A stretch of DNA of 64,000 nt from Candidatus Latescibacterota bacterium (GTDB lineage: Bacteria > Latescibacterota > UBA2968 > UBA8231), in assembly GCA_965219385.1 (NCBI GenBank), contig CBDCNM010000002.1, forward strand, positions 3,358,305-3,422,304. The letters run 5' to 3'. Positions within the stretch are counted from its first letter, which is position 1; every line of letters starts with the position of its first letter. The notes beneath the pieces were generated by a model. That model searched no databases and was not told the DNA's origin. It saw only the letters and a program-made list of their open reading frames with translations. This document shows positions 1 through 9,222 of the stretch, one piece after another. The position numbers were made by a program, and so were the translations under genes.

Positions 1-1194
1 CGCAACGCCATGATCTGGCTGGATCAGCGCTCTCAGGCCGAGTGCGACCAGGGCAACGAATTGGCCGGGACATTGATCCGCCAGCAGGCCATGATTCATC
101 TCAGCCCGGTCAACACCCTGGCCAAGGTGCTCTGGATACGCCGGCATCAGCCCCAGGTCTACGACCAGGCCCGCGCCCTGCTGGCGCCCAAGGACTGGCT
201 GAACTTTGCCCTCACCGGAGTCGCCAGAGCGGAAATAACCGATGCCTCGACCACCGGTGCCTTCAACCTGTACCAGCGCGGCTGGTCGGGCGAAATTCTG
301 GAAAGCCTGGAACTGAAGGCCGAACTCTTTCAGCCATTGGTCGAATCGACCGAACGGGTGGGAGAGGTGCGCCCCGCCGCGGCAGAGGCGACCGGCCTGG
401 CAGTCGGGACGCCGGTATTTGGCGGCGGCGGGGACATCCCCTGCATGGTCCTGGGCAGCGGGGTAATACGTCCGGGGATTGTGAGCGTGGGTATTGGCAC
501 CGCCGGCCACGCCATTGCCTTTGCCGAGCGCCTAGACGAGGCGGCCTTCAATAAACTCTGGCCCATGTGCCATGTGAGTCCCGGCAACTACGCCTGGCTG
601 GGCTGCACCCTCACCGGCGGCGCTTCCATGAACTGGTTCCGGGATACCTTCGACTGTACCTACGAGGAGCTGAACCGGGAAGCCGAGGAGGTGCCGCCGG
701 GGGCCGAAGGCCTGGTTTTCATGCCCTGGCTCGAGGGCACGGGTACGCCCCACCCCGATCCTCGCGCCCGGGCCGGTTTCCTGGGCTTGAGCCTGCGCCA
801 CACCCGCGGCCACATGGTCCGGGCGCTGATGGAGGGGGTAGTGCTGGACCTGCGCCACTCGCTGGAATGCTTCGCGTCCCTCGGATTGCCCATCGAGGAG
901 GTGCGCATGGGCGAAGGTGGCTCGCGCTCGGCCCTGTGGCGGCAGATCCACGCGGATGTGTTCGGGCGGGATTTGCGGCTCATCGAAACCGAGGATCTGT
1001 CGGCCGTAGGCGCCGCCCTGCTGGCCGGGGTGGGGGGCGGGGTTTTCGCGGATTTTGCAAGCGCCTGTGAGGCGGTGATCAAGCTGGGTGATACGGTGCC
1101 GTGCAATCCAGAGCGGACGGCGTTTTACCGGGAAGCGTACCAGAGTTACTGCCAGCTCTACCCCACCTTGAAGGGATGGTATGGCCGGGCCTGA
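1..1194 (+). CDS. xylB: FGGY-family carbohydrate kinase (xylulokinase-like), 5' end outside window
   Basis: Motifs IWLDQRS, PKDWLNFALTG, DASTTG, GIGTAG, LVFMPWLEG..P, RALMEGV, GGSRSALWRQI.AD. Confidence 0.8.
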   Translation, partial: RNAMIWLDQRSQAECDQGNELAGTLIRQQAMIHLSPVNTLAKVLWIRRHQPQVYDQARALLAPKDWLNFALTGVARAEITDASTTGAFNLYQRGWSGEILESLELKAELFQPLVESTERVGEVRPAAAEATGLAVGTPVFGGGGDIPCMVLGSGVIRPGIVSVGIGTAGHAIAFAERLDEAAFNKLWPMCHVSPGNYAWLGCTLTGGASMNWFRDTFDCTYEELNREAEEVPPGAEGLVFMPWLEGTGTPHPDPRARAGFLGLSLRHTRGHMVRALMEGVVLDLRHSLECFASLGLPIEEVRMGEGGSRSALWRQIHADVFGRDLRLIETEDLSAVGAALLAGVGGGVFADFASACEAVIKLGDTVPCNPERTAFYREAYQSYCQLYPTLKGWYGRA

Positions 1195-4178
1195 GCCGAA
1201 TCTACCCCTTCCTTGCCCGGTGCCACTAGGGCGTCCAGATCCCAGTCCAGAGGAATCCGCAGGCGGCCCTCGCCCTTGCGGTCGAAGAGCAGGTAGCCGT
1301 GATCCAGACCGAACTGGAAGAGGTTGCGGGTGACTTCCACATCCTTCTTGCAGTACTCGGCGATCAGGTCCATGCGGCCCTCCCTGTACCACTGCAGAGC
1401 CTGCAGGCCATCCGCCGATTTTGGGGTATCCAGGGTGGCCCTGGCCAAAGCGTCCAGACTGATGCGGTATTTGAGACGGCCGTGCACCTCCCGCAGGATG
1501 TCCAGGGTATTGAGTTGGCGGAAGTCGAACCTGGTATACCCTCTGAGCACGCTGTAATCGAAGCCCATGATGTTGAAGCCGATCACCAGGTCGGCACGCT
1601 GCAGGTGCTGGACCAGGGCCTCGGCGTCCTCTTCGAGGTAGGTCTCGAAATCCCCCCGCAGACTATCCCAGACAATGCCCACGGACATGCCCATCAAATA
1701 GGCCTTGTTCCAGCCGCCCACTTCGGCGGCGCTGCGCTGGGTCTCCAGGTCGAATACCACCAGGTGCGGCCCCTGCTTCTTGGGGGCTTCCTCTTCTTCG
1801 GGTTCTTCCTCTTGCTCCCAGCCGGCAAAAATAGGAGGTTCATCCTCCTTGGCCCCGACGGACAGGGACTGGATATCGATGGTTTTGCGGCCGGTGAGGA
1901 TCTGCAGAAGGTGGAGCGAACCGGGCTTGTCCAGGGGCACGTTGCCGGCCCCGCAGGTGGGGAAGTGGATGCAGGAAGGACAGCCGCTGGCGCACTCGCA
2001 CCCCTCGACCAGGTCGCGGGTCATTCCGAGGAGCCGGTCGAGCATGGCGTAGCCCTTTTCGGCCAGGCCGATGCCGCCCGGATGGTAATCGTAGACGAAG
2101 ATGGCGCCTTTGCCAAGCTGGGGATGCAGGGGGTAGCAGATGCCGCCCACATCGGTGCGGTCGCTCAGCGCCAGGAGGGGGAAGAGGGCCTTCATGGCGT
2201 GTTCGATGGCGTGGATCGATCCCATGTAGTGGAAGCGGTTGCGCCGGAGTTCCTTTTTGAAACGGGCATCCAGTTCGAGCCAGAAACCAATGGTCTCGAA
2301 GTGTTCGACAGGGGCTTCCAGAGAATGCTGGCTGATGACGACCTGGTCGCCGACGCGGATCTTTTCGTAGCCCACGACCTGGGAGCTGACCTTGAGGCGG
2401 CCGAGCTTGGCCAGGAAGCCGGCCATGGGCCGCGCCCTGAGTTCGTCCAGGATCTCGGTCTCTTTTTCGGTCTTGGCGCGGGTGTAGTAGGGCTCGTCCA
2501 CTTCGCGGGCGTAGATCTGTCGCTTCTGGGGATCGCGCCCCTGGATCAGGAACTGGCGGCCCCGGTGCAGGTAGATGGCGCCCTCGTAACACTCGGAGTA
2601 GACCTGGCCGCCGCTCACCGTGCCGATGAGGTGGGTGGGATTTTTCTGGTAGATGGTCCAGGACTCGCCGATGGTGCGCATATTCACCAGTCGGTGCGGT
2701 TGTTTGCGCGCCGCGTACCAGGCGTCACCCTCGGCGCTTTGCAGCAGGGCGCCTTCCTCTACCAGTTCTTCTACGGCTTCGTCCCAGCCGGGTACCTGGT
2801 ACTCGGGATCCCCGGCCACGAGCGGCAGTTCCCGGGCGGCGCAGACCAGGTGAGACTTGAGGATGTACTTGTTGGACGGATCCACCACGGCGTCCTCCAC
2901 CGCGCGGCCGAAGAAGTGGTCGGGGTGCTTCATGAAGAACTGGTCCAGGGCGTCCTTGCTGGCGATGAGGACGATGAGGGACTCGCGGCCGGAACGACCG
3001 ACGCGACCGGCGCGCTGCCAGGTGTTGACGATGGATCCGGGATAGCCCACCAGGATGCACACGTCCAGTCCGCCGATGTCGATTCCCAGTTCCAGGGCCG
3101 AGGTGGAGACCACGCCGATCAGGTCCCCGGAGTTGAGCGCGGCTTCGATCTGGCGGCGTTCCTCGGGCAGGTACCCGGCCCGGTACGAGCTGATGAGCTG
3201 GCGCAGGTCCTTGCGGTTCTGGGTGGCCCAGCGGTAGATCAGCTCGGTGATGACCCGGGCCCGGGTGAAGACGATGGTGCGGAATTTCCTCGTCACGCTC
3301 AGGCGCAACAGCTGAGCGGCCACGGTATTGGGGCTTTCGGGGGGGTTGAGAAAGACAAAGTGCTTGGGCGCGCTGGGGGCGCCGTTCTTCTCCACGGGGT
3401 GAAAGTCCCGGTTTACCAGGCTGCGGGCCAGGTGTTCGGGGTTGCCGATGGTAGCCGAGCTGGCGATGTAGACCGGGTCGCTGCCGTAGGAGGCGCAGAT
3501 GCGGTTGAAGCGCCGGAAGAGATGGAGTACGTGCGAACCGAAGATGCCGCTGTAGGTGTGCAGCTCGTCGATGACCACGAAGCGGAGGCGGGAGAAAAAC
3601 TCGGCCCACTGTTCGTGAAAGGCCAGGATGCCGGCGTGTAGCATATCCGGGGTGGTGATGAGAATCTGGGGAGGAGCGGTCTTGATTTTTTTGCGGTGAT
3701 GGGCGGTGGTGTCGCCGTCGTAGATGGCGGCCTGCAGGGAACCGTCGAGCCGCTCCAGGAGGGTCTGCAACTCGTCGAACTGGTCCTGTTCCAGGGCCTT
3801 GAGCGGGAAGATGTAGAGGGCGTGGCCGGCCGGATCCTGGAGCAGCGAGGTGAGCACCGGCAGGTTGTAGACCAGGGTCTTGCCGCTGGCCGTGGGGGTG
3901 GCGATGGCCACGTTGTGGCCGTCGAGGATTTTTTGTAGGCCCTCGGCCTGGTGGGTGTAGAGCGCCGGGATACCCGAGGCTTTGAGGATGCGCCCGACTT
4001 CCGCGGGGAAGTGATCCAGGTTTTCGGCCAGGCGCTGGGGGCGGGGCGGAATGGTCTCCTGGTGCACCACGGCATTGCCGAGGAGGCGTCTTTTGAGGTA
4101 GTCCAGGTAGGTGGATACGGATTGGGGGTCGAGTGGATCGGTGCCCTGGCTTATCACGGCGGATTCCTGGGGTTGCAA
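1158..4178 (-). CDS. DEAD/DEAH helicase with DUF1998 (MrfA/YprA/Hrq1 family) fused to a C-terminal YprB/RNase_H_2-type exonuclease domain
   Basis: TPTASGKT, DELHTY, SATIGNP, TSALELGIDIG, QRAGRVGR; Cys cluster CECASGCPSC; after an acidic linker VFDLETQ...GFNIMGFDY...YCKKDV. Start codon uncertain. Confidence 0.9.
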   Translation of the reverse strand: MQPQESAVISQGTDPLDPQSVSTYLDYLKRRLLGNAVVHQETIPPRPQRLAENLDHFPAEVGRILKASGIPALYTHQAEGLQKILDGHNVAIATPTASGKTLVYNLPVLTSLLQDPAGHALYIFPLKALEQDQFDELQTLLERLDGSLQAAIYDGDTTAHHRKKIKTAPPQILITTPDMLHAGILAFHEQWAEFFSRLRFVVIDELHTYSGIFGSHVLHLFRRFNRICASYGSDPVYIASSATIGNPEHLARSLVNRDFHPVEKNGAPSAPKHFVFLNPPESPNTVAAQLLRLSVTRKFRTIVFTRARVITELIYRWATQNRKDLRQLISSYRAGYLPEERRQIEAALNSGDLIGVVSTSALELGIDIGGLDVCILVGYPGSIVNTWQRAGRVGRSGRESLIVLIASKDALDQFFMKHPDHFFGRAVEDAVVDPSNKYILKSHLVCAARELPLVAGDPEYQVPGWDEAVEELVEEGALLQSAEGDAWYAARKQPHRLVNMRTIGESWTIYQKNPTHLIGTVSGGQVYSECYEGAIYLHRGRQFLIQGRDPQKRQIYAREVDEPYYTRAKTEKETEILDELRARPMAGFLAKLGRLKVSSQVVGYEKIRVGDQVVISQHSLEAPVEHFETIGFWLELDARFKKELRRNRFHYMGSIHAIEHAMKALFPLLALSDRTDVGGICYPLHPQLGKGAIFVYDYHPGGIGLAEKGYAMLDRLLGMTRDLVEGCECASGCPSCIHFPTCGAGNVPLDKPGSLHLLQILTGRKTIDIQSLSVGAKEDEPPIFAGWEQEEEPEEEEAPKKQGPHLVVFDLETQRSAAEVGGWNKAYLMGMSVGIVWDSLRGDFETYLEEDAEALVQHLQRADLVIGFNIMGFDYSVLRGYTRFDFRQLNTLDILREVHGRLKYRISLDALARATLDTPKSADGLQALQWYREGRMDLIAEYCKKDVEVTRNLFQFGLDHGYLLFDRKGEGRLRIPLDWDLDALVAPGKEGVDSAQARPYHPFKVG

Positions 4179-4258
4179 GGGGTGTTTATAGGATAGTGGA
4201 TCGAGCCTTTTTTTTCAAGTGGTTGCTGGAATAAGGGGAATTGGCTAGTTTAGCCATC

Positions 4259-5965
4259 ATGAGCGACAAAAACACCTGGCAGGGGGTCGATCGCAACCTC
4301 ACCCACTACGCTGATCCCGGTTTCAGTCGCTACCTGCGCCGCGCCTTTCTGGCCGCGGCCGGGTACGACGACGCCGATCTGGAACGGCCGGTGGTGGGCA
4401 TCACCAACACCGCCTCGGATTACAATACCTGCCACCGCCTGCTCCCCGACCTCATCGAGGCGATTGAGCGCGGGGTGCACCAGGCCGGGGGGTTGCCCCT
4501 GGTCTTTCCCACCATTTCCCTGGGCGAAATCCTGATGTCGCCCACCGCCATGCTCTACCGCAACTTGATGGCCATGGAGACTGAAGAGTTGATCCGGGGT
4601 CAGCCCATGGATGCGGTGGTGCTGGTGGGTGGGTGCGACAAGACCCTGCCGGCCCAGCTCCTGGCCGCGGCTTCGGTGGACGTGCCCGCCCTCAGCGTGG
4701 TGGCCGGTCCCATGCTCGCCGGCTCCTGGCAGGACCAGCGCCTGGGCGCCTGTACCGACTGCCGGCGCTACTGGGGGCAGTACCGGGCCGGTGAACTGGA
4801 CGACCAGCAGATCGTCCAGGTGCGCCAGTCCCTCTGCCCGGTCTCCGGCACCTGCATGGTGATGGGCACGGCCTCCACCATGGCCTGCCTGACCGAGACC
4901 CTGGGCCTGATGGTGCCGGGCGGGGCCACGGCCCCGGCGGTCTCAGCCGACCGGCTCCGCGTGGGCCTGGAAAGCGGCCGTCTGGCCGTGGAACTGGCCG
5001 CCAGCGGCCGCACTGCCCGCGACATCTTGACGCCGCCGGCCTTTGCCAACGCCCTGACCGTGCTGGCAGCCACCAGCGGTTCTACCAATGCCGTCATCCA
5101 CCTGACGGCCCTGGCCCGCCGGGTCGGGGTAAGACTCGAACTCGACGATTTCCACCGGGCAGCGCAACAGGTGCCCTTGCTGGTGGACTGCAAGCCGGCC
5201 GGCGGCGGGTACCTGGAGGACATGCACCGGGCCGGTGGGGTCCCTGCCCTGCTCAAAGCCCTGGAAGCTTTGCTGGATTTGTCGACGGTGGGGATTACCG
5301 GAAAAAGCCTGGGGAAATTGCTGGAGGAAGCCGACCCTCCCGGCGCCTGGCAGCAGACCATCCGCACCCTGGACGATCCAGTGGGGCCGGCCTCCTCCCT
5401 GGTGGTTCTGCGCGGCTCCCTGGCCCCGGATGGGGCCGTGCTCAAGGCCGCCGCGGCCGCGCCCGAACTGATGCGGCACCGGGGTCTGGCTGTGGTTTTC
5501 GATGGATCCGAGGACGCTGCTCAGCGGGTCGACGATCCGGCCCTGGGCATCGCGCCCGACCACGTACTGGTGTTGCGCCATGCCGGTCCCGTGGCCGCGG
5601 GCATGCCCGAAGCCGGTTCCATGCCCATTCCCCGCTACTTGGCCGCCCAGGGGGTCAAGGATATGGTGCGGGTCTCGGATGGTCGCATGAGCGGCACGGC
5701 CTACGGCACGGTGGTCCTGCACTGCGCCCCGGAAGCGGCCGTTGGGGGGCCCCTGGGCCTGGTCCAGGACGGCGATGTGATCGAACTGGATGTGGCGGAC
5801 GGCCGCCTGGATCTGCTGGTGGACGCGGCCGAGTTGGAACGCCGGCGGCAGTTTTTCAGTCCACCGCCCCTGCCCGAACGCGGCTGGAGGCGCCTCTATG
5901 CTCGGCACGTTGAGCAGGCCCACCTGGGCGCGGACCTGGATTTTCTGGTGGGGGGATTGGACTAG
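4259..5965 (+). CDS. IlvD/Edd-family dehydratase (likely sugar-acid dehydratase)
   Basis: YRNLMAM, GGCDKT, GTCMVMGTASTM, GSTNAVIHL, GSLAPDGAVLK, SDGRMSGT. Confidence 0.9.
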   Translation: MSDKNTWQGVDRNLTHYADPGFSRYLRRAFLAAAGYDDADLERPVVGITNTASDYNTCHRLLPDLIEAIERGVHQAGGLPLVFPTISLGEILMSPTAMLYRNLMAMETEELIRGQPMDAVVLVGGCDKTLPAQLLAAASVDVPALSVVAGPMLAGSWQDQRLGACTDCRRYWGQYRAGELDDQQIVQVRQSLCPVSGTCMVMGTASTMACLTETLGLMVPGGATAPAVSADRLRVGLESGRLAVELAASGRTARDILTPPAFANALTVLAATSGSTNAVIHLTALARRVGVRLELDDFHRAAQQVPLLVDCKPAGGGYLEDMHRAGGVPALLKALEALLDLSTVGITGKSLGKLLEEADPPGAWQQTIRTLDDPVGPASSLVVLRGSLAPDGAVLKAAAAAPELMRHRGLAVVFDGSEDAAQRVDDPALGIAPDHVLVLRHAGPVAAGMPEAGSMPIPRYLAAQGVKDMVRVSDGRMSGTAYGTVVLHCAPEAAVGGPLGLVQDGDVIELDVADGRLDLLVDAAELERRRQFFSPPPLPERGWRRLYARHVEQAHLGADLDFLVGGLD

Positions 5966-6021
5966 GTCTTGACGACAGGGCAAGTCCAGTGCTTATTGAG
6001 GCCGGGAGGAAATTTTGCAAG

Positions 6022-6879
6022 ATGACCTGTACACCCTGGCTTTCTATACTAGGCGCCCTGGTCCTCCTGGCCTGGACGGGATCGGCCTCCTGTTCGCCAG
6101 AAGCGGAAAATGTCGATACCTCGAACAATCCGGGCCCTGGGCTCGCAGAAGGTCCAGGAGAGCCTGCCGGATTCCGCAAGGTCCCCGTGTACACCTACCG
6201 GATCGTCAATACCTATCCGCACGATAACACCGCCTTCACTCAGGGACTGCTCTTCGCGGACGGAATTCTGTACGAAGGCACTGGTTTGCACGGCCGCTCC
6301 ACCCTGCGCAAGGTGGCCCTGGAAACCGGTGATGTCCTGCAGCGCCTCGAACTACCGCGGCAGTTTTTCGGCGAGGGGATAGCGGTCATGGGCAACAGGG
6401 TTTACCAGCTGACCTGGCGCTCCAGGGTGGGTTTCGTCTACGACAAGGAAAGCTTTGCGTTGCTGCGGCAATTCAACTATTCCACCGAAGGCTGGGGCCT
6501 GACCCACGACCACAGACATCTGATCATGAGCGACGGCAGCGCCACATTGCGCTTCCTCGATCCCGAGACCTTCGCGGAAAGCCACCGGGTTGCAGTGGGC
6601 GATTTCAGCGCTCCGGTGCGCCATCTCAACGAGCTGGAACACGTGCGCGGAGAAATTTACGCCAATGTCTGGCAGACGGACCGCATCGCCCGGATTGCGC
6701 CGCGGACAGGACAGGTGCTGGGGTGGATCGAGCTGGAGGGACTGCTCGGTCCAGAAGATCGGGCCCGCCCGGTTGACGCGCTCAACGGCATTGCCTATGA
6801 TGAAAAAAACGGGCGCTTGTTCGTCACGGGAAAGTGGTGGCCCAAACTTTTCGAAATAGAACTGATTCCGTTGGATTGA
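6022..6879 (+). CDS. glutaminyl-peptide cyclotransferase (plant/bacterial type), exported
   Basis: YPHDNTAFTQGL, FFGEGI, EGWGLT, LNELE, LNGIAYD, TGKWW; hydrophobic N-terminus. Confidence 0.9.
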   Translation: MTCTPWLSILGALVLLAWTGSASCSPEAENVDTSNNPGPGLAEGPGEPAGFRKVPVYTYRIVNTYPHDNTAFTQGLLFADGILYEGTGLHGRSTLRKVALETGDVLQRLELPRQFFGEGIAVMGNRVYQLTWRSRVGFVYDKESFALLRQFNYSTEGWGLTHDHRHLIMSDGSATLRFLDPETFAESHRVAVGDFSAPVRHLNELEHVRGEIYANVWQTDRIARIAPRTGQVLGWIELEGLLGPEDRARPVDALNGIAYDEKNGRLFVTGKWWPKLFEIELIPLD

Positions 6880-6908
6880 TCCGCGAATGGATGAAAGGAG
6901 CCTAGAAG

Positions 6909-7448
6909 ATGTCGAATTCGACGCCAGGTGAGAAAGAAGCCCGGTTCGTGCCGCTGCACATCGCCGTTCTGACCGTCTCGGATACCCGCACCGAGGAGAC
7001 GGACAAATCAGGGCAGCTGCTGGTCGAGCGTTTGCAGGGGGCCGGGCACAAGCTCTATGAAAAGGTGATCGAGCCGGACAATATCTACAAGATCCGCGCG
7101 CGGGTGGCGCGCTGGTGCGCCGAGGAGGGTGTCCAGGTCGTGATCGCCACCGGCGGTACGGGACTGACCGGGCGGGATGGTACGCCGGAAGCGGTGCGCC
7201 CCCTGCTGGACAAGGAAATCGAGGGCTTCGGCGAGGTCTTCCGGGTCATCTCCTACGAGGAGATCGGGGGATCGACCATCCAGTCCCGGGCTGTCGCCGG
7301 GGTGTCGAATGGGACCTATATCTTCTGTCTGCCGGGATCTTCGGGGGCCTGTGCCACGGCCTGGGACAGGCTCATCGGCGGGCAGTTGGACCACCGCAAC
7401 CAGCCCTGTAACCTGGTCGAGTTGATGCCGCGGTTACTGGAAAAATAA
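6909..7448 (+). CDS. moaB: molybdenum cofactor biosynthesis protein B
   Basis: IAVLTVSDTR, TGGTGLTGRD, TIQSRAVAG, LPGSSGAC, PCNLVELM; GGAG RBS. Confidence 0.92.
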   Translation: MSNSTPGEKEARFVPLHIAVLTVSDTRTEETDKSGQLLVERLQGAGHKLYEKVIEPDNIYKIRARVARWCAEEGVQVVIATGGTGLTGRDGTPEAVRPLLDKEIEGFGEVFRVISYEEIGGSTIQSRAVAGVSNGTYIFCLPGSSGACATAWDRLIGGQLDHRNQPCNLVELMPRLLEK

Positions 7449-7483
7449 AACTTCACCAAATCCCGTACATATACGAGCATCAA

Positions 7484-7668
7484 GGCCGGGAGGGGATGTT
7501 GCTGGCGGCGTTTCGCGCAGGGTGGTGGTGGAGAGGAATAGACGAAGGAGGCCAACCGATTTTCGGGGCATCCCCTGAGGCGAGCCCGATCACCAGCCAA
7601 AGGTCACTCCACCATCTGTGGGACTCACAAACGCCAGAGGCAGCATCCCCTTTCGGCCGCCCGCCGAT
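7484..7668 (+). ncRNA. candidate structured RNA: 185-nt rod-like hairpin with central bubble (6S-like architecture)
   Basis: 19-bp closing helix GGCCGGGAGGGGATGTTGC / GCAGCATCCCCTTTCGGCC with G-U pairs on the + strand; inner helices GGCGTTT/AAACGCC and GGTGGAG/CTCCACC; lies between convergent genes. Confidence 0.4.
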
Positions 7669-7684
7669 TTCGCGAGACACCGTT

Positions 7685-8527
7685 TCAGAGCAAAGCCTCA
7701 GCTTCGGCCGCTTCCCTGGGACTTAGCAAGGGGCCGCGCACCCCGCGTTCGATCTTGGCGAAGGCATCGTGGTTGTGGATGCTCTCGTAGTTGTTGCTGG
7801 CGACGTAGAACCAGAGGATCCGCTCGGCGTGCAGAAGACCGAAAAGATCCATCCCGATATCCCGCACCATATCCTCGACGAACTTGGGGTTGTCGTAGGC
7901 CCGCTCGGTCACCTCTTTCTCGTCCGGCCGCTTGAGAACAGGGTAGAGTTCGCAAGAGGCGTTCTTCTCGGCGATGTCGATCAGGTCTTCGAACCAGATG
8001 AACTGGTCGCTGGCCGGCCGCACATCGATGGTGATTTCGGAACGCTGGTTGTGGGCCCCGTAGCCGCTGATCTCCTTGCTGCAGGGGCACAGGGTCGTGA
8101 CGTTGACCTTTGCCCCGACGATCTTGTCGAAAGTGCCCCCCCTTGACATCATGCCGCGGAAGATGCAGTTGTAGTCGAGCAGACCCTGTTCCTTGCTCAC
8201 CGGGGCCTGGCGCGGAATAAAGAAGGGGAACTCCATGTCGATGAAGGCTTCTTCGGCGTCGAGCAGTTCGAGGAGTTCTGCCAGCACGATGTGCACGGTA
8301 TCGGGTCTGAAGTGGTGGTTCTGCTCGTTGAGGGCGATCATGAACCTGGACATGTGGGTGCCCTTGAGGTAGTGCGGCAGGCTCACGGTCATGGACAGGT
8401 TGGCGACGGTATTGAATTCCTCGCCGGCGCGCAGGGGCAGGGTCAGTGGGTAGCGCACGTTCGAAACGCCGACCTGGTCGATGTCGATGCCGCGCTGGTC
8501 ATTGCTGTTTTGCAGATCCGGTAACAT
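7685..8527 (-). CDS. folE2: GTP cyclohydrolase FolE2
   Basis: IDQVGV, KGTHMSRF, TTLCPCSKEIS, GAHNQRS, PKFVEDMVR, ESIHNHDA. Confidence 0.95.
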   Translation of the reverse strand: MLPDLQNSNDQRGIDIDQVGVSNVRYPLTLPLRAGEEFNTVANLSMTVSLPHYLKGTHMSRFMIALNEQNHHFRPDTVHIVLAELLELLDAEEAFIDMEFPFFIPRQAPVSKEQGLLDYNCIFRGMMSRGGTFDKIVGAKVNVTTLCPCSKEISGYGAHNQRSEITIDVRPASDQFIWFEDLIDIAEKNASCELYPVLKRPDEKEVTERAYDNPKFVEDMVRDIGMDLFGLLHAERILWFYVASNNYESIHNHDAFAKIERGVRGPLLSPREAAEAEALL

Positions 8528-8685
8528 ATAGTCCTCTTTACAATGTAATCACCGAGTAACCGCCGAAAGGCAATGTACCCTTGCCCTCGGGGCTTGTCAA
8601 GATGGCCGGCGGGGAGCCTGGGGGATCCGTTCCTGGGATGGGAATAGCCCTTCGGCAGGTCCAGATGTGCGGACTGCCGGGGAGA

Positions 8686-8883
8686 GGTTCCGCAGGCAAG
8701 GAATTTTTTGTCGCCGAGTTGGCGACCCAGCAGAAGATTGCCACGATGCGGGAACGCCTCAAAGAACAGCTTGCACCCATCATTGAAGAGGCCCTTGTCC
8801 AGGGGCTCAGCCGCACCCTGATACAACTGCTTCACAGAGAAAAAGAGGAGAATCGCTTGACAACTCAGAAAAAATTCACTTAG
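8686..8883 (+). pseudogene. possible C-terminal remnant of a GntR/YtrA-like regulator
   Basis: AGKEFFVAE...ERLKEQLAPIIEEALVQGLS resembles the YtrA wing plus C-terminal helices; no HTH start visible. Confidence 0.3.
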
Positions 8884-8904
8884 TTCAAAGCAGATTATAA
8901 AAAT

Positions 8905-9125
8905 ACACACGGTTCAGGTGCCGGATTCAGCTCCTCGGCAGGGAAGCTGGTCTGGAGAATAGGGAAGGCGGTGAAAATCCGCCACGGCCCCGCCACTGTG
9001 ACCGGCCAACGGGCATTGTGTACCCGTTGTTTTTTCCACATCAGATCAGCTGATCTGACCCACCGATCCGCCGCGGGATTGGGAAGGGGTGGAAAAACAG
9101 CGCCGGAAGTCAGGAGACCTGCCTC
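8905..9125 (+). promoter_or_regulatory. cobalamin (B12) riboswitch
   Basis: AGGTG, AATAGGGAAGGCGGTGAAAATCCGCC, GCCCCGCCACTGT, GGGAAG and B12 box AAGTCAGGAGACCTGCC; upstream of a TonB receptor and PduO. Confidence 0.92.
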
Positions 9126-9189
9126 GAACCGTCGGGAATTCAAACGCCCTCGCGGGAGAGGCGGTCCCATGGACCTTGGTTCAACAGCG

Positions 9190-9222
9190 TCCCCGATCTC
9201 GCGCGAGATCGGGGATTTTTTT
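9190..9222 (+). terminator. intrinsic terminator, probable riboswitch expression platform
   Basis: TCCCCGATCTC-GCGC-GAGATCGGGGA followed by T7. Confidence 0.8.

Noticed and set aside
1299..3641. Long antisense ORFs (also 60629-62428, 41671-42960, 62441-63682)
   Set aside because: Shadow frames of high-GC genes, with no motifs
7449..7684. Moco riboswitch near moaB
   Set aside because: The element is downstream of moaB between convergent genes, and no Moco motif was recognised
8857..8886. Sigma70 promoter TTGACA...TAGTTC for the B12 operon
   Set aside because: Good -35 but weak -10; cannot be supported without TSS data
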